DNA of 64,000 nt from Octopus sinensis (Eukaryota): the NCBI RefSeq assembly GCF_006345805.1, contig NC_043001.1, positions 125,240,001-125,304,000 on the forward strand, in the 5' to 3' direction. A model generated the notes under the pieces. It had not been told where the DNA came from. It was given only the letters and a program-made list of their open reading frames with translations, and searched no databases. How positions within the stretch are numbered: position 1 is the stretch's first letter; each line of letters begins with the position of its first letter. The position numbers and the translations under genes are program-made. Below are positions 37,003-49,739 of the stretch, piece after piece.

Positions 37003-38824
37003 TATATATATATATACTAGGTATTTTGACCTGTGCTTCACTTGGGTTTTGGTGGTGATGGCAACCAAATGGTAGCCCCGAGTGACTTGCAACCCTCCTC
37101 ACACCATTGCCCACCCCATTTTACCCACCAGTGTAAATTTTGGTGCCAATCCGACCCCATCTACCGTCCCCATCCCAAAATGAGACAACCAAGAAATCAA
37201 ACAACTTTTTCGCATTTTAGCTTTATAGATATTGATTATATATATACACATATATATATGTATATGCATTATATATATATTTATATACACACATATATAT
37301 AAATTAACACAATATATCTGATTAATAATATCTGTTATGATTGTGCAGTGGTGGTGGGCAATAATAATTCACCATTCTAAAAGACCTGTAGCAGGAATAT
37401 TTAAACTTTTGCAGCTGTCAACACATTCTCTCTATAGATACTGACGTACAGTGAGAGAGGTGGTGGGAGAAAGAGAGACAGCGAAGGCGGAGAGGGAATG
37501 AGAGTGGAAGCTGTCAAACGTCGTTATAGAAATTGGAGGGAAGGAAGGAAAGAGAGAGATTGAGGAAGACAGGGTGATATACAGAGAAACGACAAACACT
37601 TGTCAAAGTCTGGGTTCTGTTGCCCTAGTCCACAGCTTTTGAGATAGGGGTTTCTAACCTGGTCCAGTTGCTTCCTCACCTCTTTTTCCGACACCATCTA
37701 CCGCCCATTAAACCATTCCCATCCCAAAATGAGACAAATAACCAAGAAATCAAACAACTTTTTCGCATCTCAGCTTTTTATATATATATATATATATGAT
37801 GGGTGTGTGTGTGTGTACTTTTGGGCATCATGTAAGCAAGATCATCCCTTTAAAAACTTCCTCAGGAAAACGTATCTGGTCATGGAAAATCTGCCTCAAC
37901 AAATTCCATTTGACCCATGCAAGCATGAAGAATCATCATCATCATCCTCTTCGTTTAGCATCCGCTTTCCATGCTAGCATGGGTTGGACGGTTCAACTGG
38001 GGTCTGAGAAGCCAGAAGGCTGCATCAGGCCCAGTCTGATCTGGCAATGTTTCTACAGCTGGATGCCCTTCCTAACGCCAACCACTCTGTGAGTGTAGTG
38101 GGTGCCTTTTACGTGCCACCAGCACAGGTGCCAGACGAGGCTGGTAAACTCTGTGAGTGTAGTGGGTGCCTTTTACGTGCCACCAGCGCAGGTGCCAGAC
38201 GAGGCTGGTAAACGATCGGATGGTGCTTTTTACGTGCCACCGGCATGGTGGCCAGGTGAGGCTGGCAACGGCTACAATCAGATGGTGCTTTTTACATGCC
38301 ACCGGCACGAGGCCAGTCGGGAAGAAGTGGAAATTAAATGGTGATTGAGAAGCTGTGATGTGTTTGACTTTTTCCAAAGGTATTAGTTGCATACCTGAAG
38401 TGAAATAAAAATTTGATCAAAGACTCTCACCTTACTAGGAGGAGGAGAGCACAAAAACTTGGTAAATGACTAATATATTTGAAGGTTAGCAACATTAATT
38501 GTCGCAGAGTTTTTCGTTGTTTAGTTTCAGATTAGCTCCCATTTATTAATGAATTGTCACTATGATTACAACATACATCTCTCAGGCATTGCATATCTAG
38601 GACTACACTATCTAATGTGTCCCTCCCTTTTAAAAATGGTTGGGTGTAATTTATGGGAAATTTGGCTGCAATTTCTAGCAGTTTGAGTGACCATGTAAAG
38701 ACTCACTTGTTGGCTCTGGAAATAATAGTACAGCAATGTTTGTCACTCTCCATGATTACTTGATAGAAGAAATGGCAAAGAGGACCTGACTAGTTCTTAC
38801 TGTATCAAGTACTACAATAAATAA

Positions 38825-40380
38825 TGTTGCGGTGGAAAGAAGACTGGAAGTGTGTGTGTGGGGGGGGGGGCGGAGAGAGATGATATCACATCAGCATGTG
38901 AGAAGAAAAGTTTCCCTCTTTTTTTATCATGCCATGAGTGATAGAGACGATGATGAAGAGAGGTTGTGACAACGTGTTAACAATTGAACAATCTGCTGGC
39001 GGTACCCAATTGTAAGTCGAGTTAAGAACTTTATTTTCATGCCTTCAAATCCCAAGCTATTTTGGCACACTCTTACCTATTTCTTTACTACCCACAAGGG
39101 GCTAAACACAGAGAGGACAAACGGATTAAGTCTATTACATCGACACCAGTGCGTAACTGGTACTTAATTTATCGACCCCGAAAGGATGAAAGGTAAAGTC
39201 GACCTCGGCGGAATTTGAACTCAGAACGTAGCGGCAGACGAAATACCTATTTTTTTACTACCCACAAGGGGCTAAACACAGAGAGGACAAACAAGGACAG
39301 ACAAACAGATTAAGTCGATTACATCGACCCTAGTGCGTAACTGGTACTTAATTTATCGACCCCGAAAGGATGAAAGGTAAAGTCGACCTCGGCGGAATTT
39401 GAACTCAGAACGTAATGCCAGACGAAACACGGCTACACATTTCGCCCGGCGTGCTAACGATTCTGCCAGCTCGCCGCCGTATTTTGGCACACTCTTACCA
39501 GCTGTGAGGATACATCTGAGAAGTGGAGTTTTAATATTTTTCTGTTGCTCTTGTTCTTCCCTATTTTCTTTTTCTTTTTTTGCTATGGCCACAAAAATCA
39601 GAATCGGTAGTGATGTATTGAGACTGTTCACTAGGGAAGGTAATGTGGTGACCTGGATAAAGAAGGCGAGGCTCATGGTGAAGCTTCAGGGAATAGATGT
39701 GCCTAACCTTATGTAGTTGTATTTAGAAGGCAGTGCACTGAGTCTCTTCCTAGAAATGGATGAGGTGGAGCAAGAGAAAGTGGAAAAAATTGAAGAGTGG
39801 CTGAAGGACACATAGATGGAGAGGGCTTTTAAAGCTTACAGCAAGCTCAGAAGAGTGAGATAAATCGGCAAGAAGATAGATGATTACATGAGTGAGATTA
39901 GGAGGTTGATGGGCCCTGGCAGGGTTTACTGGAGCAGCAGAAAGATACTCAAAAAGCGGAGCACAAGATGCTTCTTCAGCGGGGGAAAAAGGAAGGGTGA
40001 CTGTGATCAGTACTCTGAATAATGTCTCAGTGGATGGAACGCCATATCAAATCCTGGATGTTAGAAGGGTGATGACAAAGAGGAGAGGGAAGTCAGCCCT
40101 GTGACCCTATGAAGATCTCAAAGGGAACATCGCACCCCCAGGCGGATGGATGATTATGTGAACAGAACAGGGGAGCAGTGACCTTTAGATCAATCAGGGC
40201 AGAGATGATGTCACATGGGTGAGTGAGAAGAAAAGCTTCCCTCTTTTTTCATGCCATGAATGATAAAGGCGAGATATGATGAAGAGAGCTCATGACAACA
40301 CCTTAACAAGTGAACTACCTGGCGGCAGTACCCAATTGCAAGAACTTTATTTTTATGCCTTCAAACCTCAAATGCCAAAG
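38825..40380 (+). mobile_element. Decayed gag-only LTR retroelement with diverged LTRs
   Basis: Direct repeats at about 38870-39057 and 40196-40375. Internal gag-like peptide ATKIRIGSDVLRLFTREGNVVTWIKKARLMVKLQG...LYLEGSAL; no pol remnant seen. Confidence 0.65.
39077..39479 (-). mobile_element. SINE family A tandem dimer
   Basis: 20-bp TSD tattttggcacactcttacc encloses both units. Confidence 0.9.
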
Positions 40381-41322
40381 TATTATCTATCACGAATAAC
40401 ATGCCACTGTTAAGCAGCATGAATGATTCAATTTCCATAGAAGTCGACTTTGTCTTCCATTCTTCTGGGTTGATAAATAAAGTACCAGTCTAGATGATGA
40501 AGCAGCAAAATGATAAGAGCTTCAAATGGAATGTTTTGTGCTATTAGTTCCAGCTCTTTATATTTTCATTTTGAATTCTACCTTGACTTACTTTCATGGT
40601 AGCCTTAATATGTCACCTGATTTAATGCTGTAACCTGGCTCATTTGGTTCCTTCAGTAAAATTCCATCCGCTGCGAGCATTCAGTTAGGTCTCCACCTTG
40701 AGAATAAGTTCCTCCCTTATTTTCCACCTGTCATGGAGGTCCTGAAAAGCGTCATAAGCATTGCCTCCCCCCCACCCCACCCTTTTGACTAAGCAATTAA
40801 AAAAAAAAAGAGCAATATTTCTATCTGGAAAGAATTTAAAACTCTACAGCCAACTTGATAGCACTTATGTGCAGAAAAGAAGTACAATATTTGATGGCAT
40901 AAAAGATACAGGTATGTTAGGCACATCCCAATTTCAGCAGCACATATTTGGAAAAAGGTTTTAGTGCACTAAAAGCTTATGGGAGACCCAATTTGCATAT
41001 TTTTGTATATCCAGGGAAAAACTTTAGGGACATATTTTTTTTTAAAATGGTGCATCTTATCATGCCATCAAATATAGTATGAGAGCACTCTATACTGTGT
41101 ATCTAGTATGAATTAGGGGTTCAGAAAAGGTGCAGTGAGGTTTCATAAATATTTTATAATTAACAGTTAAACAAGAGCAGTTAGCAGTAAGAGCAGCCAT
41201 TGGACACAATATTTCAAATGCTTAGGAGGCTGGTTTGAAGTAATCAACATGTTTTGTGACTTAAATGGCTTAATTAACAGCAGAAGTTATTTGTTACAGA
41301 ATCATAGTATCCAGAATTAGAG

Positions 41323-41552
41323 GCGGTGAGCTGGCAGAAACGTTAGCGCACTGGTATTTCATGCTTAGTGGTATTTCATCTGCCGCTACATTCTGAGTTC
41401 GAATTCTGCTGAGGTCGACTTTGCCTTTCATCCTTTCGGGGTTGATTAATTAAGTACCAGTTATGCACTGGGGTTGATGTAATCGACTTAATCCCTTTGT
41501 CTGTCCTTGTTTGTCCCCTCGATGTTTAGCCCCTTGTGGGCAATAAAGAAAT
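41323..41552 (+). mobile_element. SINE family A
   Basis: Full length. Further copies at about 28313-28530, 30720-30908, 43765-43965, 48700-49035, 50333-50557, 55995-56215 and 59910-60115. Confidence 0.85.
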
Positions 41553-41559
41553 TAGAATT

Positions 41560-41850
41560 AGATGAAGTTCAGAGAATCTTAACATCTATTGACAACAAAG
41601 GGCAGATTATTTGAAGTTTATGCATGAAGTATGATTTCATATGGTACAGAGACATGAGAGATTGAATGCAGAGGAAGTGTAAAGGCTGGAAAGAAATTAA
41701 AGCAAGCATGCTTCATTGGATTATAATGTCAGCATGTGTGAAGTAGGAGATGAGAGAGAAAATGGAAACTGCAACATCGAAGAGAAAAAATTACATAAGT
41801 ATAGACATGCAATTCATATGAAGAATTATAATGGGGTACAAAAGGGTCAA
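41560..41850 (+). mobile_element. Highly decayed RTE fragment
   Basis: Degenerate KFRE.L.LLTTKGRL..YGTET motif. Confidence 0.5.
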
Positions 41851-42879
41851 TTGATCTAAGAAGGTCAATTGATCGCAGAAGAGGAAAACATGTGAAGTGA
41901 TGGAGGCTGAACTTAAAATTTTCAGCCTAATGAAGATGACAATTTACTTCAACAAATAGTGAAATACTGTTGAAGTAGACCTGTACATCCTATTTTGACA
42001 TGGAAAAACATGTAAAAATGATGCTATTGATATAAATGATTATTCACTCTGCATTTAGATTCAGTTTGAAACCATTGCTCAGGAAATATAATATTGAATA
42101 AGTATTACTGTTTATGCAAAAGATCCCTTAACTTCCTTTTTGAAGTAAACTAATCAAGACTTAGACCAAGGAAATAACCTTGATGTGATTGTTCAAAGAA
42201 TATTTTAGAAGATATAAGAGCAGTGAGCTGGCAGAATTATAAGTATACCAGGCAAAATGCATAGCAGTATCTTGTTGTTCTGAGATCAAATTGTGCTGAG
42301 GCTGACTTTGCCTTTCATCCTTTCAAGGTCAATAAAATAAGTACAATTGAGCTGTAGACAAAGGAACTGGAAAAATGGTTAGTCGTAGGCTTGGGAGAGG
42401 GTGATGCAGTGGTATGCAACAGATTATTTTTTGAGAAGAGAGAGTGTTGTATTGGTGGTAAAAGGAAAGAGATCCTGTGTGGGTCAGAGGTTGAAATACA
42501 TTTGTGACTCCATATCAGTCAAGTGGTCTACACTTGGGCACAGTGTGTGAAACAGCAACAGCACCATCTCAGGAGCTTCTTCTATAGTTGCTGATCTGTT
42601 AAGAACATAACAGTGGGGCCTAGAATTTGTAACAATTTCTGTGTGTGTGTGATTAACTGTATGTTGTATGTTGTTGATGAGGAGGAGGTGTTACAAGACT
42701 AGTGTTTCCTTGACATATTTAGAGACTATATCTGTCAAGAATTAGCAACCAAATCTACCTCAGATCACATCCTTCTGTTTTGAAATTGGAAGGACATATT
42801 GGTTAACATAATCTTGCTGTGTAGAATAAAGAATGGAACCGTCAGAGCTGGAACCCCTTTCATCATAGGCAGTGTCATT

Positions 42880-44190
42880 TTGGGACATGACATACTAAGC
42901 AGTTGGCTGGACCTCATGGGTATAGCAAGTGACTTTTGTCTGGCTTCATGCTCTTGCTTGATGAGGCTGGGTCATTCCAGGTTAGTGGTCCAGGCATCAT
43001 GCATAGAGCTGACCAGGTCCATCGTGCTCCCCATTGCAGGTGGTCCTGTGCCAGCTCCTCTGCATCCTCCATGGTAATGTCGAGCCTCTGGAGATCTTCC
43101 CAAATCATGTGCAGCCACCTGTGGTGGGGACTGAAACAAGGCCTCTTCCAGTCTGCAGCTGCTGCGTTAAATGAGAGTAAAGCCCTAGTAGGACGATCTA
43201 GTGGAAGACGGAGGCCATGTCTATACCAGCGCAGGTGACGGATAGCTATGAGGTGGGACTCCCGTGGGAGGCTGTGGGCTGATGCGTAAACGCGTGCTGT
43301 TCTTCGTTGGAAACATTATGGTACCATCAGATGTTCTTGATAGTTCTCAGGGCTCTACTCTCAAAGCTGTAGATCCTCTTTGTCTGGATCTTCGAGAGGA
43401 GCCACGTTTCTGCTCCATACAGGCGAATGGAGAGGACAGGTGCATTGTAGATGCAGAGCCTTGTATTCTGAGAGATAGAGCAGTGGCACCAAAGGAGCTT
43501 GCATAGAGAGTACATGACCCCAGCGGCCAGACCACATCTGCAGTTGATATCCGGGTCAGATCTCCACTGTTGGTTACTGTGGAGCCCAGGCAGGCGAAGG
43601 AGCTGAAGACGTCGGGGCCAGTATGGAGAGGAGGAGGGCCTTCAACATGCACCAGTTCGGTCTTCGCCCAACTCACTTGAAGACCAAGCTTTGCTGATTC
43701 TCCTCTGTAAAGGGTCAGTGCATAGCTGAGCTGGTCTATCGAGTTGCTGAATCGAGGGTATCGTTGGCAGAAACGTTAGCACGCCGGGCGAAATGCGTAG
43801 CCGTATTTCGTCTGCCGTTACGTTCCGAGTTCAAATTCCGCCGAGGTCGACTTTGCCTTTCATCTTTTCGTGGTCGATAAATTAAGTACCAGTTACGCAC
43901 TGGGGTCGATATAATCGACTTAATCCGTTTGTTTGTCCCCTCTGTGTGTAGTAAAGAAATAGGTATCGTAGAAGACCGACTATCAGGACTGACTCCCCGT
44001 CCTCAGTATCGTCCGCATACCCCAGAGAGTATAGGAGTCCAATTCTAATTTGTGTATGCGGTGGTTTGCTGTCGATGAATAAATACTGTCAGTCTCAGTG
44101 CATTGACTTGCACAAGGGCATATAATGCTGCTAAGGCTGCCCTGAATATAGGTCGATCAATGTAGACAATAAATGCAAAATCTCCTCAAT
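42880..44190 (-). mobile_element. Decayed RTE-like LINE interrupted by a SINE
   Basis: FACLGSTVTNSGD, LYGAETWLLSK and WEDLQRLDITMEDAEELAQD; RT remnant at 43960-44190. Confidence 0.75.
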
Positions 44191-44428
44191 TTATTCTTAT
44201 TTGAATTTGTTAGAGTGAATATATGAGTTACGTCCCTTGCTGTACAAAATGGCGTTTCTTCTCGAAAGAATTTGTTTACAAAACGTTATATTTAAAAATA
44301 AAACAGCTGTCTTTTTACTTTTTCATTCATATTTATATCGTATATGTATAAATAAATTCAAAAATAAATTCAATTCAAAATAATATATGATTACATTTGA
44401 ATTTAAATCAAATTTCATGATAGTTAGA

Positions 44429-44436
44429 TATAAATA
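44429..44436 (+). promoter_or_regulatory. TATA box upstream of 7SL (about -31 to -24)
   Basis: TATAAATA at the canonical distance from the 7SL +1 G; the region is AT-rich, so chance is possible. Confidence 0.55.
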
Positions 44437-44459
44437 TCCAAATTTTACACCTTGTAATC

Positions 44460-44757
44460 GCTGGGAGTTGTGGCGTGCTCCTGTAATCTAGCTACTCGGA
44501 GGCTTGGTTGGTTGGCCGGTTTGAGGATGGGAGTACTGGTAGTCGGTCATCTATGGCGATCGGGTGTCCGCGCTAAGCTCGGCATCAATATGGTGCTGGA
44601 GAGGGAGCTCATCAGGACCAGGTTGTCTAAGGAGGGTCGCTTCGGCCCAGGGCGGAAACGCAGCAGGCAAAAGGCCCCGTGTCGAGCAGTAGTGGGACCG
44701 CGCCTGTGAATAGTTGTCGGATAGCAGCCTGTTCGATATAACTGAACACCAATCTAA
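44460..44757 (+). ncRNA. RN7SL: 7SL / signal recognition particle RNA gene
   Basis: Colinear with metazoan 7SL: GCTGGGAGTTGTGGCG start, CCTGTAATC (UGUNR) in the Alu domain, CGATCGGGTGTCCGC.CTAAG.TCGGCATCAATATGGTG, helix 8 CCCAGGGCGGAAACGCAGCAGG, and CAGTAGTGGGACCGCGCCTGTGAATAG; about 298 nt. Confidence 0.95.
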
Positions 44758-44772
44758 TTTTTTTTTTTTTTA
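44758..44772 (+). terminator. RNA polymerase III oligo-T terminator of 7SL
   Basis: Run of about 15 T immediately after the 7SL 3' end. Confidence 0.8.
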
Positions 44773-45139
44773 ATTTAATTCTTTCTTTATTTTAAATTTA
44801 ATTCTTAGCAGCGATAGTAATTTATGACCCATGTATCTATCTATGTTCTGAGTTCGAATCCTGCTGACGTACTTACGACAGCCAACATCATACTGCATAA
44901 ACATCTTCCCGCTTCTTTTTTATTTTTATTCTTTTAAAGATAGTCGGCTGTGATTTTTGGGAAATTTAATTCTTTATTTTAAATTTAATTCTAAGAAGCG
45001 ATAGTAATTTATGACCCATGTATCTACCTATGTTCTGAGTTCGAATCCTGCTGATGTACTTACGACAGCCAACATCAAGATAGTCGGCTGTGATTTTTGG
45101 GAAATTTGGGTTTTATTTTTGCCTGATGAAGTGATCATA

Positions 45140-45181
<42 letters not shown>

Positions 45182-45629
45182 TCTCTCTCTAAAGAACATT
45201 TACAACTAAATTTCATTACTAAATCTTTAACGATTTGCATTAATATGCATGTTTTTGCTCCTTTCATTTTTTTATCTCTCCAAATCAATGCAATGAGTAC
45301 CAGTCATGCATTAAAATTGATATTAGCAACTGTTTCCTCTCACTCGAACTTTTGGTCATGTACCAATATTAAAAATTCATCATAGTCAAAGCGGTGGATG
45401 GTAGTAGGATCGATATAGTCGAAGACAAAAATATGTCACGGTATTTACTTACGTACCTTGACGTTCTGAGCTGAAAGAAGGCCGAAGGGGATTTAGCTTT
45501 TAAATATGTAAGATCGACAAAATAAACCAACAATCAAATGTTGTACTCTTCCCAAAATGAAACGCTTTGTGCCTACGACAGAAACATTAACTGGATGAAA
45601 TTGTTAGAAAGAGAAATTATTATTATTCA

Positions 45630-46018
45630 TGTGGTAAGTAGCTTGTTTACCAACCACATGGTTCCGGGTTCAGTCCCACTGCGTGGCATCTTGGGCAAGT
45701 GTCTTCTACTATAGCCGTGGACCGACCAAAGCTTTGTGAGTGGATTTGGTAGACGGAAACTGAAAGAAGCCCGTCGTATATATGTATATATACATATATG
45801 CGTGTGTGTGTCTGTGTTTGTCCCCCTAGCATTGCTTGACAACCGATGCTGGTGTGTTTATGTCCCCGTTACTTAGCGGTTCGGCAAAAGGAGACCGATA
45901 GAATAAATACTGGGCTTACAAAAGAATAAGTCCCGGGGTCGAGTTGCTCGATTAAAGGCAGTGCTCCAGCATGGCCGCAGTCAAATAACTGAAACTAATA
46001 AAAGAGTAAAAAGAGTAA
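45630..46018 (+). mobile_element. SINE family B
   Basis: Slightly 5'-truncated. Confidence 0.88.
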
Positions 46019-46533
46019 TGTAGAAGTGCCTTAAAATGATTATTGGACGGAATTCTGGTTTAAGAACCCCCATATAACCTCTCATAACTTTTCTATTTTT
46101 GGCAATTTTTAGAAAACTTTTGCGAATCTGTGTTCTACACATGGTAATTCATATGATTATGCACCCCATCAATTTTCTTTTTTGCATGATTTAAGAGCTA
46201 TTTAGCTGTTATTTTTGGCACATCTCACGACCACCTCATGCCTTCCTCGTTTGTTTGTCAATCTGACGTAGTGATGTTGTTCAATATCTTTCTACCACTA
46301 AACACATTTAAGAGTCTATTGCTGGGATTTAAGCCAAAAATTCGGACCGTCCGTATTTTAAACTCTGATTTGAAAAATAAATCGCAAAATTAAAAAAGAT
46401 TTTTTTTTTAATTTCGAAAAATTAAAAAAAGAATTATTTTTTTACAGTCGGATGAATTCCTGTGCGTAGGATACAAATTCCTAAAAAATTTCTGAAAATT
46501 CCAAAAAATTTTTTATAAAGTTACGAGGGGGTA

Positions 46534-47403
46534 CAGTAATCAGTTGCCATATCGCGGTTCACCTATCGCGCCCTCAGTACATCACGGATTTTTCTGGCTA
46601 GCATATGTAAATTTACATCGCGTGCTTCTACGGCCGATAAATATTTATATTATTTTAGATTTTAATTATTTCTATGGTAAAATAAGCATTTTCACGCCTA
46701 AAAATTAATAAATTAATAAATAAAAATATAGTATAACACATTAATTAACATTTTTTTTCTTTTATTTGTTTCAGCCATTTGACTGCGGCCATGCTGGAGC
46801 ACCGCCTTTAGTCGAGCAAATCGACCCCAGTACTTATTCTTTGTAAGCCTAGTACTTATTCTATCGGTCTCTTTTGCCGAACCGCTAAGTTACGGGGACA
46901 TAAACACAACACAACAGCATCGGTTGTCAAGCGATGTTGGGGGTACAAACACAGACACACAAACACATATATATATATATACATATATACGACAGGCTTC
47001 TTTCAGTTTCCGACTACCAAATCCACTCACAAGGCTTTGGTCGGCCCGAGGCTATAGTAGAAGACACTTGCCCAAGGTGCCACGCAGTGGGACTGAACCC
47101 GGAACCATGTGGTTGGTAAGCAAGCTACTTACCTCACAGCCACTCCTGCGCCTATATATTAAAAGAAAATACGTAGTGTACCATAGATGAGTAAACAAAG
47201 AACCACAAATACAAAATGGCAAACGAAAGTCGGGAGATGAGTGTTTGGTGCTGTTTTGCATTAGTAGCAAAATAAATATATACAAATTACAAAAATAATT
47301 AAAAATAAATGAATAATACAGTACTGTTTCCACTTTGCGGATTTTCACCTATCGCGGGGGGACGGGTTGGAACGTAACACCCGCGATAGTCGAGGGATTA
47401 CTG
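46534..47403. mobile_element. Tigger/pogo-like MITE (TA target) with a nested SINE
   Basis: TA|CAGTAATC ... GATTACTG|TA termini. Confidence 0.7.
46758..47152 (-). mobile_element. SINE family B nested in a Tigger-like MITE
   Basis: Full length. Confidence 0.88.
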
Positions 47404-47805
47404 TATATGGGGTGCTTAAAACAGAATTCCGCCGATTATTGTCAATAATTTTCAAACCAAGTCAGTAGGGCATACCTACAATAATCTGCTGCCTCCCGAC
47501 TTTGTTTCCTCATAACTTTCAGAAAACTGGATAATTTTTAATGAAATTTTCTACAAGTACCATTCAGATGGTATGATTTCCGATTTTCTTGAAATTTGTT
47601 GTGAGAAAATTTTCAGAAGGGTTGTGGAGGATTTTTGGATATTTCACACGCGACGACTTTGTTTCCTCATGCCTTCAGGAAAATGGACATTTTTAAATGA
47701 AATTTTCAACGAATATGTTACAGATGGTGTAGATTACGATTATTTCAGAATTTAATGCAAGAAGAAATAAATATATAAATAAATAAATATATAAATAAAT
47801 AAATA

Positions 47806-48004
47806 GGCGCAGGAGTGGCTGTGTGGTAAGTAGCTTGCTTACCAACCACATGATTGCGGGTTCAGTCCCACTGCGTGGCATCTTGGGCAAATGTCTTCTA
47901 CTATAGCCTTGGGCCGACCAAAGCCTTGGGCCGACCAAAGCCTTGGGCCGACCAAAGCCTTGTGAGTGGATTTGGTAGACGGAAACTGAAAGAAGCCCGT
48001 CGTA

Positions 48005-48052
<48 letters not shown>

Positions 48053-48283
48053 TGTGTGTGTTTGTGTGTCTGTGTTTGTCCCCCGAGCATTGCTTGACAA
48101 CCGATGCTGGTGTGTTTATGTCCCCGTTACTTAGCGGTTCGGCAAAAAGAGACCGATAGAATAAGTACTGGGCTTACAAAAGAATGAGTCCTGGGGTCGA
48201 GTTGCTCGACTAAAGGCGGTGCTCCAGCATGGCCGCAGTCAAATGACTGAAACAAGTAAAAGAGTAAAAAAGAGTAAAAGAGT
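47806..48283 (+). mobile_element. SINE family B with an internal 17-bp triplication
   Basis: gccttgggccgaccaaa x3 at about 47906-47956. Confidence 0.9.
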
Positions 48284-49268
48284 GGGGAATACGGCCATGT
48301 ACATGCAAACACAATTTTTTCAAAATTTCATGCTTCCTGTTGTAGAAATACATCTAATGTGTGTCCGTTCGCGCGCCGCCGCCTCCGCTTTTGGTTTCAT
48401 GTGCTGCAACATATATTTCTTAGAAAATATATTTATAAATAAGAAAATATACTTTACATAGTTTCACAAAAGTATACTGATTAATCTCTGTACGTTTCGA
48501 TGGACGCTTCTGCAATTCATACTTTAAAATCCAGTAGGCAGGATAGATGCTGTTTTCGGAAAAAATAGCCCTGAAGCCCAATATAATTTTGGAAGTCGCA
48601 CACTTGAAGGCTTCGAGAGTTGTAGTTTGGCCACAATTGGTCTATGTGACAGCCATGTTTCTCTCAATGAATACCTTTCTCTCTTATAATAATGGCTTTA
48701 AATTTCGGGTGAAAGATAAAGTCGCCCTCATCAGGAATTTGAACTCAGAACGTAAAGATGGACGAAAATCCGTTGAGCATTTTGTTCCGCGTGCTAACGA
48801 TTCTTATTTCTTTATTGCCCACAGGGGGCTAAACACAGAGGGGACAAACAAGGACAGACAAAGGGATAAAGTCGATTACATCGACCCCAGTGTGTAACTA
48901 GTACTTAATTTATCGACCCCGAAAGGATGAAAGGCAAAGTCAACCTCAACAGGAATTTGAACTCAGAACGTAACGGCAGACGAAATACGGCTCAGCATTT
49001 CGCCCGGCGTGCTAACGATTCTGTCAGCTCGTCACTGATAACAATGAGTTTATTGTATTCAGTGCTCAGGTACACAAATGCTCGTCGGAAAGGGGGGGTA
49101 AACGACGGGACAGAAAGCAGTTGTAAGTCAAGTAAAGAAAGACGGCGATGCAAACCAAAAGAACATTGTGCACAGAATAATACACAAAAAGGCATAAAAG
49201 TGAAGTGAACAGTAAAAGAATCTCAAAGAGGCAATGGTGTACAGACACGTCAAGAGTAATGATGGAAT

Positions 49269-49651
49269 GGAAACACTCCGTCGGTTACGACGACGAGGGT
49301 TCCGGTTGATCCGAATCAACGGAACAGCCTGCTCGTGAAATTAACGTGTAAGTGGCTGAGCACTCCACAGACACGTGTACCCTTAACGTAGTTCTCGGGG
49401 ATATTCAGCGTGACACCGAGAGTGACAAGGCCGGCCCTTTGAAATACAGGTACAACAGAAACAGGAAGTAAGAGTGAGAGAAAGTTGTGGTGAAAGAGTA
49501 CAGCAGGGATCACCACCATCCCCTGCCGGCGCCTCGTGGAGCTTTTAGGTGTTTTCGCTCAATAAACACTCACAACGCCCGGTCTGGGAATCGAAACCGC
49601 GATCCTATGACCGCGAGTCCGCTGCCCTAACCACTGGGCCATTGCGCCTCC
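49269..49651 (-). mobile_element. SINE family C
   Basis: Full length; near-identical to 33366-33746. Confidence 0.9.
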
Positions 49652-49739
49652 ACAAGGGATAGTGTGATAAGTACCGAATGAATCAACAGGAAGAAGAAAA
49701 AGTTATTTTTGAAACCTCGAATAATGACATCCTAGTGCC

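Noticed and set aside
40810-40915. Open frame ending at AG|GTATGT
   Set aside because: No convincing acceptor context or homology.
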